From Chiloscyllium plagiosum (lineage: Eukaryota): 64,000 nucleotides of DNA. Shown piece after piece: positions 1-13,449 of the stretch. A program made the position numbers and the translations under genes. How positions within the stretch are numbered: position 1 is the first letter of the stretch; every line of letters starts with the position of its first letter. A model generated the notes under the pieces. That model had not been told where the DNA came from, did no database searches, and saw only the letters and a list, made by a program, of their open reading frames with translations. The stretch lies in the NCBI RefSeq assembly GCF_004010195.1, contig NC_057718.1:39476635-39540634 (forward strand), read 5' to 3'.

Positions 1-190
1 GGGGAAAGATATAAAAGGGGCAACTTTTTCACACAGAGGGTGGTACGTGTATGGAATGAGCTGCCAGAGGAAGTGGTGGAGGCTGGTACAATTGCAACAT
101 TTAAGAGGCATTTGGATGGGTATATGAATAGGAAGGGTTTGGAGGGATATGGGCCAGGTGCTGGCAGGTGGTACATCTCTATGACTCTAA
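1..190 (+). mobile_element. CR1 LINE 3' end fragment
   Basis: TGGAATGAGCTGCCAGAGGAAGTGGTGGAGGCTGG ([11 protein letters not shown]) and a TCTATGAC tail; same family as the copies at 5.2, 18.1, 22.7, 23.6, 27.8 and 36.1 kb. Confidence 0.85.
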
Positions 191-419
191 GTCACAGAGG
201 ATAAAATGTCAATGAGAACACTATTTATACTGAAGAATCACAATACCTCCTTTTTGAGCAGAAGTGCATGTATTTATGTAGTTTTCTTAAATAGAATACA
301 GTATTTCAGGATGAAGATTGGAGAAAATTTCAGCAAGACGTTGCAGAAGGTATTCAAAGGTTTAGATAAACTAAAGCAGGAGTATCGCAGTACTAAATCT
401 ATTTGCTTGTACATTCCCA

Positions 420-2690
420 GAGAGAAAAAAAATTCTCAGTCTTTGATGGAAAAAATAAAACCTCACTGAGACAGCATGATTGAAAGCAGGGTCATTTCGC
501 GAGGAACAAAACTGATGGAATGATGTTCAAGGCTACTAACTGTTCCCAAGCCAAATGGGGATCTAAGATTCTGTGTAGATGTCACTCAGTTAAGCAAAGA
601 AGTTAGAAAAGAAATCTGTCCTTTTTTATCTGTGAACGATAGTTTGCAAAATTGGCCACAGGTATGTTTTTCACAGATATGGATACCACCAGTGGAATCT
701 GGCAGATACTCTTGGACCAAGAATCAAGACAGATTTTTCAAAGAACAATGTTGAGAAACCTGAAAGGGAAGCAGAGAACCATCTGCCTTATGAATGATAT
801 CCTAGTGTGCTGAAAAATGAAGAAGGAAAATGACCAGAGCATCAGGGGTATGTTAAAGGTGATGCAGAACATAAACTGTACTCTAAGTGTGAAATGCCAG
901 TTCTCCAATGTCCAGGTTGCATTAGCCAAGAACAAGGCATCATGGTGGACTGATGGAAGATAACGGTCTTCAGTGAACTTCTGGTCCTAAAGTGCTGAAA
1001 TGATATAACATGGTTCTTAAGCATGGTGAATCATAGGATGAAGTCTATCTCCAACTTAGTCATTATTACTCAACTCATATGTTAGCATTTGAAAAAAGAG
1101 CAGCAGTGGTATTATAGAGTTAGGAATGCTAATGCAGCTTTTGAATGGATTAAAGAGAAGCTACTTTCTACTTGTTTTAACACATTACAATCCAGGCTTT
1201 TTAATGAAAGTAATCATAAATGTCCACAAGACTAGGAGTAATACTCATCCAAGTGCAAACTGACAGGACATGAAAGCTTGTCTACTTTATGTTGAGAACT
1301 TTGACACTGAACAGAATTATGCAACCATAGAGAAGGAAGCATTTGCAATTGGAAAGGTCACAGATTGTCTCATGTGACTCTAATTTCAGGTTGCGATAGA
1401 CTATAAATCTTTGATAATGTTATTGGAATCAAAAAGTATTTTAAAGATGCCTCTATGAATTCAATGTTTTGGCTTAGTCTGATGAGATGCGATAGAGAAT
1501 AGACTGTTCCAGCCCAGGCGAGCAGAAAAATATGTCTCGTTCTATAGTAGGAATCAACACTTTACTGTGGGAAAATTCAGACACACCTGTGCACCTCAAA
1601 CATCTGACAAGAAGTGCAGAGCTGTCAAACAAAGGTCAGACAACTGTCTACAAGACCAGTAAAATAGAGTGCTGAGTCAGTATTATGCGCACAAGCAGTG
1701 TTTGCCAGTGGTGGAAGATTTACTCACAAATTAAAACAGAAGCTACTGGAAAAACTCAGCAGATGTGAAAGCAGTGAAGAGAAATCAATGTTTTGGGTCT
1801 AGTGACTCTTCCTCAGATCAAGACCTCAAACGTTACCTTTGATTTCTCTTCACGGATGCTGCCAGACCTGCTGAGCTTTTCCAGCAACTTCCATTTTTGT
1901 TTCTGATTTACAGCATCCGCAGTTCTTTTCGTGGAAGATTTGTTGTTTTTTGAGCATTGAAAAGTTCTTTCAACTCCTGAGAAGAGTAATCCTACAGAAA
2001 CTCCATGTGGGAGAGTTCAGTGTGACAAAGTACAAGGCAAGAACACAACAATCAGTGTGCTGGCTAGGAATCTCAAAAAACGTTACAAGTTAACCATTTT
2101 TTTCATACCAAATGAATACTGTACACAATCAAGTACCAACAAAACCAATTACTTTGTCAAGATTTTCAGAAAAACCATGGGAAAATCTAATGTCAGATTT
2201 GTTTAATTTTTAAAGAAAAATGTATTTAGTCCTAATTGACTATTATTCAAAATAGATTGAAAGAAATGTCAAAACTTTATTGAACCATAGCAGACTCAGT
2301 AATCAGAACACTGAAATGAATCTTTGCAATACAAGGTTCCCTGAAAGATTTAATGTTGAGAAATGGAGCTCAATTTGTGACCAAAGATTTTCAGAAGATC
2401 ATACTGGAGACAGCAATCGATGATGTGACAAGTTCTCCATTCAATCCTCAGTGAAATAAAGATGTGAAAAGAGCAGTCAAGACTGTGAAGTCGCTGATGC
2501 CAAGAATCCAAACTGGGAATTAGCTCTATGCAGTTACAGAGCATTGCCATTGAATAATGGGCACTCGCCAGCGAATTGTTAATGGGAAGGAAGTCAAAAA
2601 TAGATTTACCAGCATTAGACCACAATCTCAGGCCAAACATAACCTCTCAAGACCATGAGAAGGTAAAACAACTGGAGAAATGCCTTTGGG
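420..2690 (+). mobile_element. Decayed Ty3/Gypsy LTR-retrotransposon pol (RT-RNase H-integrase), with stops and frameshifts
   Basis: Motifs in Gypsy order: VPKPNGDLRFCVD (~542), DTTSGIWQILLDQESR (~682), ICLMNDILV (degenerate YxDD, ~781), QNYATIEKEAFA (RNase H, ~1312), LQKLHVG..KARTQQSVCWLGIS (integrase Zn region, ~1992), KPWENLMSDLF and LIDYYSK*IE (integrase core). A purine tract GGGAAAAGAGAAG lies at 2875-2887. Confidence 0.88.
1722..1930 (+). mobile_element. Short Penelope-like (PLE) fold-back insertion inside the Gypsy remnant
   Basis: Imperfect inverted arms (CTGGAAAAACTCAGCAG ... CTGCTGAGCTTTTCCAG); direct repeat GTGGAAGATTT at 1711-1721 and 1931-1941. Confidence 0.75.
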
Positions 2691-2697
2691 AAAGAGG

Positions 2698-2787
2698 CAG
2701 AAGAAGGGCTTTTGCCCGAAACGTCGATTCTCCTGTTCCCTGGATGCTGCCTGACCTGCTGCGCTTTTCCAGCAACACATTTTCAAC
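2698..2787 (+). mobile_element. Penelope-like terminal repeat fragment (truncated hammerhead motif)
   Basis: GAAGAAGGGCTTTTGCCCGAAACGTCGATTCTCCTG...GATGCTGCCTGACCTGCTG; same family as the copies at 13.7, 16.2, 45.5 and 63.8 kb. Confidence 0.75.
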
Positions 2788-3099
2788 AATGAGATTTATG
2801 TCAGTCATGATGATGTAACTGAGGACATCTCTCTGTCATCAGTATGACAAAAGACATCAGTTTAAAATAAGTATGGGAAAAGAGAAGTCTATAACACTGC
2901 ACTAGAGAGCTGTATTGGAGAACCTTCTATGAACGGATGAAAATAAAGGTGTTTTACAGTATATAAAGAGTTGAAGAGCCTGAGCAAGAAGTATCAGAGA
3001 AGTGTATCTGCAGATATACAGCCTATAGACTGGAATATCAATGAATAGGTAGCAGTATTGGCTTAAAGTACAAGGAAAAATAGCAGAGGCTGTCCATTT

Positions 3100-4290
3100 G
3101 TTGCTGAAGATGTTCCTTGTATGCTGTTGTAGATAATCAGCAGAGAGCAACCCCCATTGAGAATTCAGTGTACATTTGTCTCAGATCACAAGTGAAAAAG
3201 GCTGAACAGCTTTCTGTCAGTTTGGGAAGTAATTAAACATCTCTGAAAATGACCTGAAGGTACATGACAGTGGAAAAGTGATGAATATGGAAAACGGTGC
3301 TGGTGTCAGAACACAACTCTGTTTAATTCCTCTGTGAATCACAATTGGCTCCAATATTGCCCCATCACAGCTATCTTTATTCATCATGTTGTCATGGAAA
3401 GAGGACAACATATCGATCATTTCCAGTGGTCAGTCGTTGTTAAACTGACGGTCTCTGCCTTCAAAGTTAAATGCCTCGATGAGACCAATAGAGACAATGT
3501 ATCACAATCTTCTTTGTTGACAGCATTTCTCATGTAGCTGCTGGACTGAGAAAGTCATGTTGAGTATCCAGGTCTAAAACTATGCTAGGAATTTGTTTAC
3601 ATATGGGCAGAAGTGGGTACTGCACATGCTGGTGATTAGAGTCAACATTAGAGTAGTGCTGGAAAAGCACAGCAGGACAGGAAGCATCCGAGGAGCAGGA
3701 AAATTGACATTTTGGGGAAAAGTCATAACAGACAGGCCTTCCATGGCACTTGAAACTTTCTTGGTGACAGCGCTCTCCTTAGTGTGCAATTTAAGGTAGT
3801 GTTCCACCCATCTCTCCAACTGCTTACTACAGTTGGTGATGGTCTCTTCTGCCTTTGTTTACACATGTTCAGTCAGGATATTTAAACTGACAAGGACAAC
3901 ATAGGCAAATATGATTCCCACCATGTTTAGCAGGGAAATACTTCAACAGTTGTTGCAATTACTGTGGTTGTCCTTGTTCTTGCAAAAGCTCACAATCTTT
4001 ACATCTTGTGTATCAAGGGATATTGCCTTCTGCCAGATTTCCATTTTCCCGTGCTTGACAAATTCAGGTGATATAGTTTCAGCATCTGCAGCTTTGTCCA
4101 CATCAAGCAAATCAGTAGTTTTTCCCTCATTTATTGTGTGTTGGATACCCAGCTTTTCCATGACAGACAGGCGCACTATGGCACTTGAAACTTTCTCGGT
4201 GACAGCTTTCTCCTTAGTGTGTAACTCAAGGTAGTGTTCCACCCATCTCTCCAACTGCTTACTACAGTTGGTGATGATCTGTTGCTTATG
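3100..4290 (-). mobile_element. Decayed RTE-clade LINE RT fragments, with a PLE fragment at ~3635-3720
   Basis: Minus-strand peptides QLERWVEHYLEL, DKAADAETISPEFVKHG and GIKQSCVLTPAPFSI are typical of RTE ORFs. Confidence 0.7.
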
Positions 4291-5221
4291 TTGCAATCTA
4301 TTTCAGAACGAAAATAAGCCCAGACTGATTTCTACCCCTATTGTTTACTATCTAACTTCAGTGGTAAAGAATTGCTTGTTGGAAGAGGGCTGCTCCTGTG
4401 GGATTGGTATTGCAACATCATTACTTTCGGTGGAGGAAGGATTAGAGGGGTATATCTGAGGAAAAGTTAAATGCTAAAAACATTTTATGTACCAGCTGGC
4501 AGTCTGAGGGGGGGATTCAGGTCCCTAGAGTCTGACTTAGGTCTGCTTGCAGCTCATTGATAAGTATTTGCCTGATTTCTACAGTAACCTTTTGGGAAAT
4601 TTATAGGTATTTACCTGTCTGGTGTGTCTGCTTCATCCAATGAGCCCATGGATAGGGAACAAGACTCAGTTTTTGATACATTAATGAGAATGTTTGCAAA
4701 TCCCCTATAGGGATGCCTATAGGTGGTGCCTATAGGCAAGGAAGACTTCACTGTCTGCAGCAGGTCTCTGATGATTTAAATTTAATCTCTCTCGGTTCTC
4801 TCTAGATTTATCATGGTGGACAGTCATATTTATTCTTACGTGATCTAAAGAGACTGAATGAGTTTGAGCCTTTGGATTCTGTGTCTGGTTTAGCTAATAT
4901 TCAAATTGTTAGCTAAAAAACATGAATTTTAAGCAGAATTACAAATTCTATTATTTCAAATTTCAGATTTTATTGAATTACAATGAAAACACAAGTATTA
5001 TTGAAACAAAGATATTTAACTTTTATTATCATCATCCAATAAATAATTTGATTCACTTTCAACCAGTGGATAATGTCAGGATATGCTTTAGAATTTAAAC
5101 AGACACAACAGGAAGGCAAAATTTGAAAAAAATGGCAAATGTAAATATTGTAACAAATTTGTGTTTAGCACTTAAATTTTGAAGATGATATATCTATAAT
5201 AGCAAACTTTATTATAACATA

Positions 5222-5657
5222 TATGGAGAGGCTGAATAGGCTGGGGCTGTTTTCCCTGGAGTGTCAGAGGCTGAGGGGTGACCTTTATAGAGGTTTTTAA
5301 AATCATGAGGGGCATGGATAGGATAAATCGACAAAGTATTTACCCTGGGGTGGGGGAGTCCAGAGCTAGAGGGTATAGGTTTAGGGTGAGAGGGGAAAGA
5401 TATAAAAGGGACCTAAGGGGCAATTTATCATGCAGAGAATTGTGTGTGTATGGAATGAGCTGCGAGAGGAAGTGGTGGAGGCTGGTACAATTGCAGCATT
5501 GAAAACGCATCTGGATGGATATATGAATAGGAAGGGTTTAGAGGGATATGGGCCAAGTGCTGGCAAATGGGAATAGATCCGGCTAGGATATCTGGTTGGC
5601 ATGGACAAGTTGGACTGAAGGGTCTGTTACTGTGCTGTACATCTCTATGATTCTATG
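5222..5657 (+). mobile_element. CR1 LINE 3' fragment
   Basis: [16 protein letters not shown]..., the conserved 3' UTR and a TCTATGA tail. Confidence 0.9.
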
Positions 5658-5989
5658 AACAGAGAACGAGAGGCAACATATTCTCTATGGGTTGGGACAT
5701 GAAATGGATCCTAATGAATCAGCAACTCATTTACATTGGGCTAAATCTTATGTTTGGTTGAATTTCAAGGAGGGTTTCTCTCTGATAGGCCTACCAATAT
5801 CTCTTGTCACATTTAATCAAACTTACCTCATCAACAACCTAACCTACCCCTTTGGCACTCTTGTCTGATCTAGCCGAATCCTAACTACGCGCTAATCCCA
5901 GAAGAACTCACCATTCACCAGATATCTGCTGAATGACTAGCATCTTGGTGTCTATGCCATTTGTAAAAGGCCTCATGCACCCAGACAAA

Positions 5990-6275
5990 CATTGTCATTT
6001 CAAAGCTGCCCCGCTTGTTAAGGACAGTCTTTCCTGTCTGAGATGTGTGAGAAGGGGAAAATGGATTTGTGATACTCCAACATGAAACCAGATGTCCTTG
6101 TGTGGTTCAGAGATTGGGTGTCCTCTTTCTGGGAGGCTGGTAGAAGATACTGAGCCACCAAATCCTGACAGCCTGGTCAGAGGGCGCCAACACTGGGTCA
6201 ATGCTGTATCTATAGAAATGGCTGGAAGTGCCTCAATAAGATCAATAACCTCTGATCCACCAGGGTGAGTACTCA
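5990..6275 (+). mobile_element. Possible decayed Myb/SANT-like exon of a PIF/Harbinger transposon
   Basis: Frameshifted peptides TAWSEGA...VNAVS...WKCLNKINNL*STR followed by a GTGAGT donor resemble the W..VA..VNA...QC.KK.NDL pattern of Harbinger Myb-like proteins; weak. Confidence 0.35.
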
Positions 6276-7439
6276 TACTCCCTCTATCTCTACTACCTCA
6301 CTCACCTCCAAACAAGGCACATGCTCCACCATGCTCATTATTGCATGAAATAGTGTTGGCAATCAGTAACTTCATCCAAACACACAAGGAGGAATAGGAG
6401 CAACAGGCAATGGGTGGCAATGAGCCTCATTGTCCAAAGGTTACAGGCATGCAGCTACACTTTGGGGACCAGCTACCTCAAGCTTGTTTGGCGGCGTCTT
6501 GGAGAACCAGGTCAAACACTCTCAGGGTCTCCTGGAGATGCACTTCATAACTCCACAGCCATTGGTCAACATAACCAAACACAAAGCAACAGGGAGCATA
6601 GGAAACCTGATGCTCAATCCCAGTGTCCCTTCTTCTCAAAAAGATATGATGGTGCCAGGAGGCACCCAGCCAGAACAGCCACACACAACCCTCAGAAGTC
6701 TTTTCTCAGGGAATACTAGAGGTGGTCATTCCCTCTACCTCCATCCTACATGTCCTTCTCCAACCTTTAGAAGTTCAATCTGAGGTGGTTGAACTTGTCT
6801 CTGACAAGGAGACTCTCAGCATTTCTGTGTCCTCTAGACAAACACCCTGGCATTACCAGATGAAATGGGATCCACTGTTGAACAGGCTCACTTTCACTTC
6901 ACTGCAGATGTGGAACCTGGGGCAATACTATGAGAATCAGTCCTAAGATGGAATCTAAAGTGAATTCACAAGTGCCTATCCCTGCATGTGAAGTTTCCTT
7001 GCAGCAGCTTTTCCAAGTCTGTGCCTTGCAATGCAGGGCAGTACGTTCTAAGGATCCTGCAAGTGGCCTGGAGAGGTGCTGTGATGATCCTGAGGGATTG
7101 GCAATTATATACAATGTGTTCTCTGTGGAGTTCTGGAGAAGGGTCAATGGACTTGAAACTCAGATGTCCAATATCCACAGTTCTTTGTTTTATTAAAATC
7201 ATACAGTTTGTTAATTTATAAGGGCAGAAGCTGGCCATAATGATGAAGAAAGATCCTAGATTGCTGCCATAGTACTATTGTGGGTTGCCTCACTGAGCTT
7301 GAAAATTGGTGAAACGGATTGGGGTTGAGCTCACTGAGGGTATAGGTAAAAGAAATCTTGCTTTCTCTCCGAAACTCCAACAAGGTATAGGTCCTCTTCA
7401 ACTTTCTCTTTCTTGTCCTTCAAAGTCATATTGAAGGAA

Positions 7440-7825
7440 AGTCTTTCATAAACACATCACCTTGTACAGTCACGTTCCAAAGCCATTGACTTTTTGTAGT
7501 ATAGTCTCTTATAATTTAGTATATGCAAGACCAATCTCTGCATAGCAAGCTCCCACAAACAGCAATGTAATAATGACAATTTTTTTTGTAATGAGGTTTG
7601 AGGAATAAATTTTGGCCAGGCCCCTGGGGATAACCCCACTTCTCTTCTTTGAAATAAGACTTAGGGCTTTTTACATACACCTGGGAGAGCACTCAGATTG
7701 GCATCTCAACTGAAAATTAGCATCTTTCAAAGTATAGCATTCCCTCAGTTCAGTACTGGAGTGTCAGAATCTTGAACTCACAACAATCTGACTCAGAGGC
7801 AAGATGACTACCAACTGAACCATAG
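7440..7825 (-). mobile_element. DeuSINE-like (SacSINE1-like) tRNA-derived SINE
   Basis: On the minus strand: tRNA-like head (TGGTTCAGTTGGTAG...GAGTTCAAGATTC) followed by CCTGGCCAAAATTTATTCCTCAAACC...ATTGCTGTTTGTGGGAGCTTGCT; homologous to 55750-56170. Confidence 0.65.
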
Positions 7826-9669
7826 ATAGCATACCATTAGTTTCACTGCTATGTACAGATGAATTTATTGTATACCTTATGTCAACACTTATTCCTCTTT
7901 TTCTTTTGCGTATGAACAGGTCCATGTCCAACAGCATGTCAAGGATCTGGGATATCATGCAAGAACCCTGACCTTGAGCACAAGCTCCTATATGTCCAAA
8001 TCAAGAGATACTGAAGGAGAGTTAGGACATTTGGCTTAGTGAAGAACCCAGTGCAAGTGAGAAGGAGAAGGCTGGAAAGAAATAGCTACAAAGGAAAGGA
8101 TGGCAAGTGGCAGATCTGGATCAATTTCAATTTTCAAACAGATTTGTACACTACTTAGCATGCAAAGCAGAAATTCTTGGTTATGAAAAATACTTTATTC
8201 AATGTTTTAGGAATCTTAAAGAGTTTCCAACATGGTGTCACAGATATTTTTCAGGAAAACAGTTTTGACACCTATGCAAGCTTGCAAAAATGTTTCACAA
8301 ACCTGCAGTGCTACCTTTACAGCCATTAATAGAAGAGTCCCCAAAAAGAGTTCCAAAGCTGGTAAGTTATCTTGCTCACTAAGGTTGTGAGTTGGGGCAA
8401 CATAGACCTGAGAGCTCCGGTTTACAGACAGCTCTCATTTTAGCTTTAATCGTGAATTCCTAATTCTGTAGTGCTCAAAAATATATGATGTAAATTATAT
8501 CCAATGGCATTCTAAAAATGATATTATGATAATACTAATAAGGTCTCAAATAAATTGCATTTTAATGCTAATTGGAACCTTCGGTCCTCTAACGCAGCAC
8601 TCTGCGGACAAAAGCAATTTCATAGCTAACAGCTAATTCCCATCTGGGACCAGCGCAAGGTTGTCTTGAACTATGATTCAAGACCAGACAACATACAAAG
8701 AGCAGGGAGAGATCTAACTCTTTTCTAGCTTGTCTTACCAGAAGAATTTATAGCTGCATATTCAATTTATAATTAATATGTAAATACGGCTTTTCTCAAG
8801 CCACTAAAAGTTTGCTCATTATAATTGCTTGCTAAGTTTCTGTCGAACGACAGTCACTAAATAAAGGCTTGCTTGCCACAAGATGTATTATTCTGATTGG
8901 TCAATAAATGATTGAATTAGTGCATGTGAATATCAGAAGGAGGAAAGGTGTGCCCGTAATTCCCTCATTGTCTTCAGCACTGTTGCTATAATAATGCAGT
9001 TATTGGGCTGAAATACTGAGACAATTTGTATTTTAACTTAATTACACTGTTATTGTCTTAAACACAAATTTTCTAAAATTGTTTTAACAGTGCAGCTCTT
9101 ATATAACTCAAAACCCATATGGTTGAGCACAAAATTAATGTTGTAATGAGCTTTAGGGCTTTCTCTGTGCAAAATCATGACTGTAAATAATACTCCCCCA
9201 GATAGCATGAGAGTGGTAGCTTGTGAAGCATATTGCACTAAAGATAGTCCTCCTAAGGCATAGCCAAGTAGATGTGCCTAGATTTGAATATGGATTCTAA
9301 GCCAAACCAGTAGGTCGCCAAATTCTTGAGGTACCTTTTATATTTTTTTTTAGCATATTCTTTCTCTAAATCCATAATAGTCCTTAGAAAGTTCAATACT
9401 AGTAATGGTATTGTCATCATAAGACTGTGGAAAAAAACAATCATGTCATGCAAAAATGTACAGCAATAGTAGAAGAAGGACTTACTTGTTATGAGTGAAC
9501 AATGCAGTGAGTGAAATGGAGTAATAAGACAGATCACAAAGCGGGCGTGGATAAATACGAGTTATAAAATTATAGGGTGTAAAAAGACCCTAGCAAACTC
9601 CATACATTATTTCCAAAACATTGCCTCATGATTCAGCCTTAGAAGCCCTCTGTAGCCCTTAACAATAAA

Positions 9670-10900
9670 TTGTTTCTGTGGCAGTTAGGAAACCACGGAT
9701 TTCATTCATGTTAGTGAAATGTTAAATTTCCTTTGACTTGTCTGCCCGCCACCTGTTTTCATGTCACGAGTGGTCTACTGTACTCAGCCTTTGCTTGTTG
9801 GAGAGTCAATTTCTTTTGTTCCGTGTTGGGTAATTCCACCAAGCATAGAAAGTTTTTTGCTTGCAATCAATAAATTAACATTCTTATAATTTTCATCAAA
9901 TCAGACCTGATGTTTCCTGACAGAATATCCAAATAACTTTTAGAAGGCATTGGCAATATTGAACCTAAGGACGTCCAAAGTGCTGTGAACACTTCTTCTG
10001 TTCTTGATTGAAATGTGAAAGTTTTTCTCTAAGGAATTGTTTCAATTGGTTTCTTTTGATTGGATCCTTCAGAATTTTGTCATTGATCTATTTTTGGACA
10101 TCTCTTCTGGTGCATCCATCATTTGGGAGTCAGTTTGATGGATGTGATTGAATGAATTAGTCAGCGATTGCTACAGCAATCACCATCAGTCACTGTTCTG
10201 GTGTAATGGACTTCTTTATGATTCTGAGCATAAATGATAATGCAATCAATGAGGTGTAAGTGTTTGAACCTTGGATGTTGTCATGATGTTTTGTACTCAT
10301 TCTTTGGTGGTAAGGGGTACTGGTGATTATGAGCCCATGTTCTGCTCATTTGATGAGGAGATGAATGCTGTCAGAATTGACATTTCTAATTCTTCCCTGA
10401 CAATAGCTGTATTCCAGAGTTTGAAATCTCTTCCAAGCAGAATATGTTTGCCCTCCTTTGGACAATTTTGTTAGGTTTGGCAAGACCTTCCTTAATTTCA
10501 TCAGTGGTTTTTGCAGTTGGGCATATGAATAGATCACATTAGTGCAAGGGCTTTGCTTTGTCAGTTTGAGTCATTAGGCATGTATTACTTCCAAGAGGGA
10601 ACTCATGAAACTAGTTGACAAATTCACTTTCGATGGCATATCAGTTTCATGGATTCTGAATTCTTCTTTCGATTTTCCCTTTGAGAAGAATGCATAAATA
10701 TTGCATGGCCATTGAGCCGTCCCGCTTCAGCTTGCTGGGTCTCACTCAGAGCAGCAATGCTGACCTCATATTGCTAGTGTTTCCAGTCATAAATGCAGTG
10801 TAATGTTCTGGGCATTCACTTGTGGATTTGTCCATGAAGATTCTATTATTCCAGGCTGAAACTTTATTACATGTCTTTTGTGTGTCTCCACTGCAGAAGG
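9670..10900 (-). mobile_element. Decayed RTE-clade LINE, AP-endonuclease region
   Basis: With frameshifts the minus strand reads SAWNNRIFMD...YEVSIAALSET...YAFFSKGKSKEEFRIH, matching the RTE endonuclease pattern WNVRTL..IDIAALSET..YTFFWSGK. Confidence 0.7.
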
Positions 10901-12611
10901 TGATCCATCTAGATCTGGCTATTTGTTGGGATAGGAAAGATAAAATACGTTCCGGGCACCTTTTCTAGCCCCCTCCCCAACAAGAAGTAAGTAGAGTGGG
11001 TCCTAAAGAGTTGTTCAGTTGCAGTTAACTCTGCAGAAAAGCATCCTAAATGCTACTTGATCATCTTGTAACTGTCACCTCTACACCTAATCATAATCCA
11101 AAACTTCCAGACAACACAATCCTGCTCCCATTACCACTTGCTAATCACTGTAGGGTTTGGAGGATCTGCTCAAAAGGAAATTGCCTGTAAGAAGACAGTA
11201 CACCAGCTTCCTGTGAGTTTTCATAAAATATAATCCTTGAACAGCAAGGAAACCAAGGTGATTTGTAAGGGAAATGGGAGATTGTTCTCCTGCATACTTG
11301 ATCACCCAACACAGCCGTAGTGATAGTCCAGATGGCACATGTTCCTCTGCCTGTTCTATAATGGAAGGCTTGTTTGCAATGCCTCGTCTGCTGAGTACAT
11401 AAAGTGTGCTAAACATGTGTTCACAATTACTAAAGCAATATATGTATAAAGAACCCCTTTTAAGTCTAATTATTTAGCCCCGTCCCCCTCTCACTTACCT
11501 TTGATGGTCTGCATTGCCCTTATCGGGCTTTGGATAGAAATTGGAGAACACGGGTGATTTACTGGAGGTGGTTAATAGATGAAAAAATACCATGTGTGAT
11601 TTGGAGATGGGGAAAAAAAGTGGTTGCGTGTAAGAGCACTTCTCCATTTAAAAAAACAGAGTCCCACCATACTTCACCTTATTTTGATCAATCATATTTC
11701 ACTCATTGCTCAGGCTCCAAGGCGCAGATGAAGGGGTTGCCTTTGAAAGGCACAGACAGAACACACAAATAATAATGAGACATATGACCAGGTAATCTCA
11801 TAAATTCAGCTTTGAAGGAAAGTTTTCTGAACCTGACCAGAGAAAATTCCTGTTGGAAATTAATACATACGGTACAGTGGGCTACTGGCAAGGTCAGCAT
11901 TTATTGCTCATTCCAAACTGCACTCAAAAAAGTGAACTGCTTCTTGAACTGCAGCAGTCCTTTTGGAGAAAACACTTACATAATACAACTTCCAGAATTT
12001 TGATCTAGCGATGATTAATGAATAAGGATGTGTTTTCATGCCAGGATGTTGTGCAGCTTGGACAGTAAACTGGAGTTGGTGGTGTTCCCATGAATCAGCT
12101 GCCCTGATCCTTCTGAGTATTTTAGTTTGCAGATTTTAGAAACAGTGTAGAAATTTTCATTGAGTTGGTACACTACAGTGTCAAATTGGGGAATTGAGTT
12201 GGGTTAACAAACTACAGAGATCAATGTACTTCCGAGGGGGATTTGAATCTCCCATGGTTCACAGTAAAAGAATCTTCTGTTTCTGCTGTAAGTCTTAATC
12301 ATATTAGTTTTGTACTTTCATCTTACTTTTCAGTCCCTAATACTCACTCTGGGAGACAAAATTGTAGTGTAGCATTTTCTAGGCTTGTGTTACCCCATCC
12401 AAGAAACAGATGTTCAATGGAAAATGAATTAGCAAGCTATTTTGATTGTCACAATATTTCTATTGCTGCAATGAATTTGATGATGAGATATAGTGATTTT
12501 GCCCTCACTTAACTGGTGTAAAAATGTGAAAATGTTAGCTATCTAATATTTGCTATGCTTTGGTTGAGAAAAGCAATTTGGAGACACATTTACTGTTTAA
12601 GGGCAGGGTTA

Positions 12612-13440
12612 ACAAAAACGAAGAACTGTGGATGCTAGAAATCTGAAAGTAAATCAGAAATTTTTGGAGAAACTCAGCATCTGTGGTAACATCTGTGGAC
12701 AGAAAGCAGAAGAAATATTTTGAGTCCAGTGAATCTTCTTCAGAATTAATTGTATCCAGAAAATTGTAGTTATACTGTATATGCTAAAGGTGGGGTGTGT
12801 GGAAAAGGAGTGAATGATAGGTAGAGATGGAACTCAGAGAGAGGGAACAGCCATTAAGGTAGAGAAAAGAATGGATAATTGTGAGCGAGGACAAAGAAAA
12901 GCTGACAATAGGGACCATTAGTGGGTGAAAATGGGTTGGTTGTGATGAAAACAGCCCATGTGATGACAGGACCTGGAGTGTGGGGGTGGATTAAGGACAT
13001 GGAAGAAGATGTTCAGGCTTTAAATTATTTGATATTGAGTCCTGAAGGCCTCAGGGTCCCCAAAAAGAAAATGCTGTTCTTCTACTGAACTTCACTGAAA
13101 TACTACAGCATACCCAAGACAGAAACATTGGCTAGGGAGCACAGTAATGTGTGAAGACAACAGGATGCTCTGGGTCATTTTTACAGACAGATCGTTGATG
13201 TTCTGCAAAGCAGTTGTCCAGCCTGCATTTTGTCTCCCCAGCTTACATGACACCAGATTGTGAGGAACAAATGCAGCAGACTAGAGTGGTGCAGGTAAGT
13301 CACAGCTACACCTGGAAGGTGTGTCTGGAGCCTTGGATATTGAAGAGGGGGAAGTAAACAGACAGATATTACACCTTCTGAGATTACATAGTGAGGTGCT
13401 GTGGAGGTGTGAGAGTGGTAGTCTTGCAAGTGGACCGGGT
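12612..13440 (-). mobile_element. Penelope-like element remnant (GIY-YIG endonuclease end plus terminal repeat)
   Basis: The minus strand reads HTFQV*..TCTTLVCCICSSQSGVM*AGETKCRLDNCFAEHQRSV (degenerate GIY-YIG), followed by a 3' repeat with CTGAAGAAGATTCACTGGACTCAAAA (decayed hammerhead). Confidence 0.8.
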
Positions 13441-13449
13441 TGTCTGTAA

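Noticed and set aside
7900..8370. Isolated splice-like signals (acceptor ~7919, GTAAGT donor ~8362)
   Set aside because: No open frame or partner exons; cannot be distinguished from chance.
9253..9537. 94-aa minus-strand ORF (…DLEKEYAKKKYKRYLKNL…)
   Set aside because: No recognisable homology or supporting exon structure.
9670..10900. Initially considered a Crypton/tyrosine-recombinase relic
   Set aside because: The minus-strand motifs (WN.R...IAALSET) fit an RTE AP-endonuclease instead.
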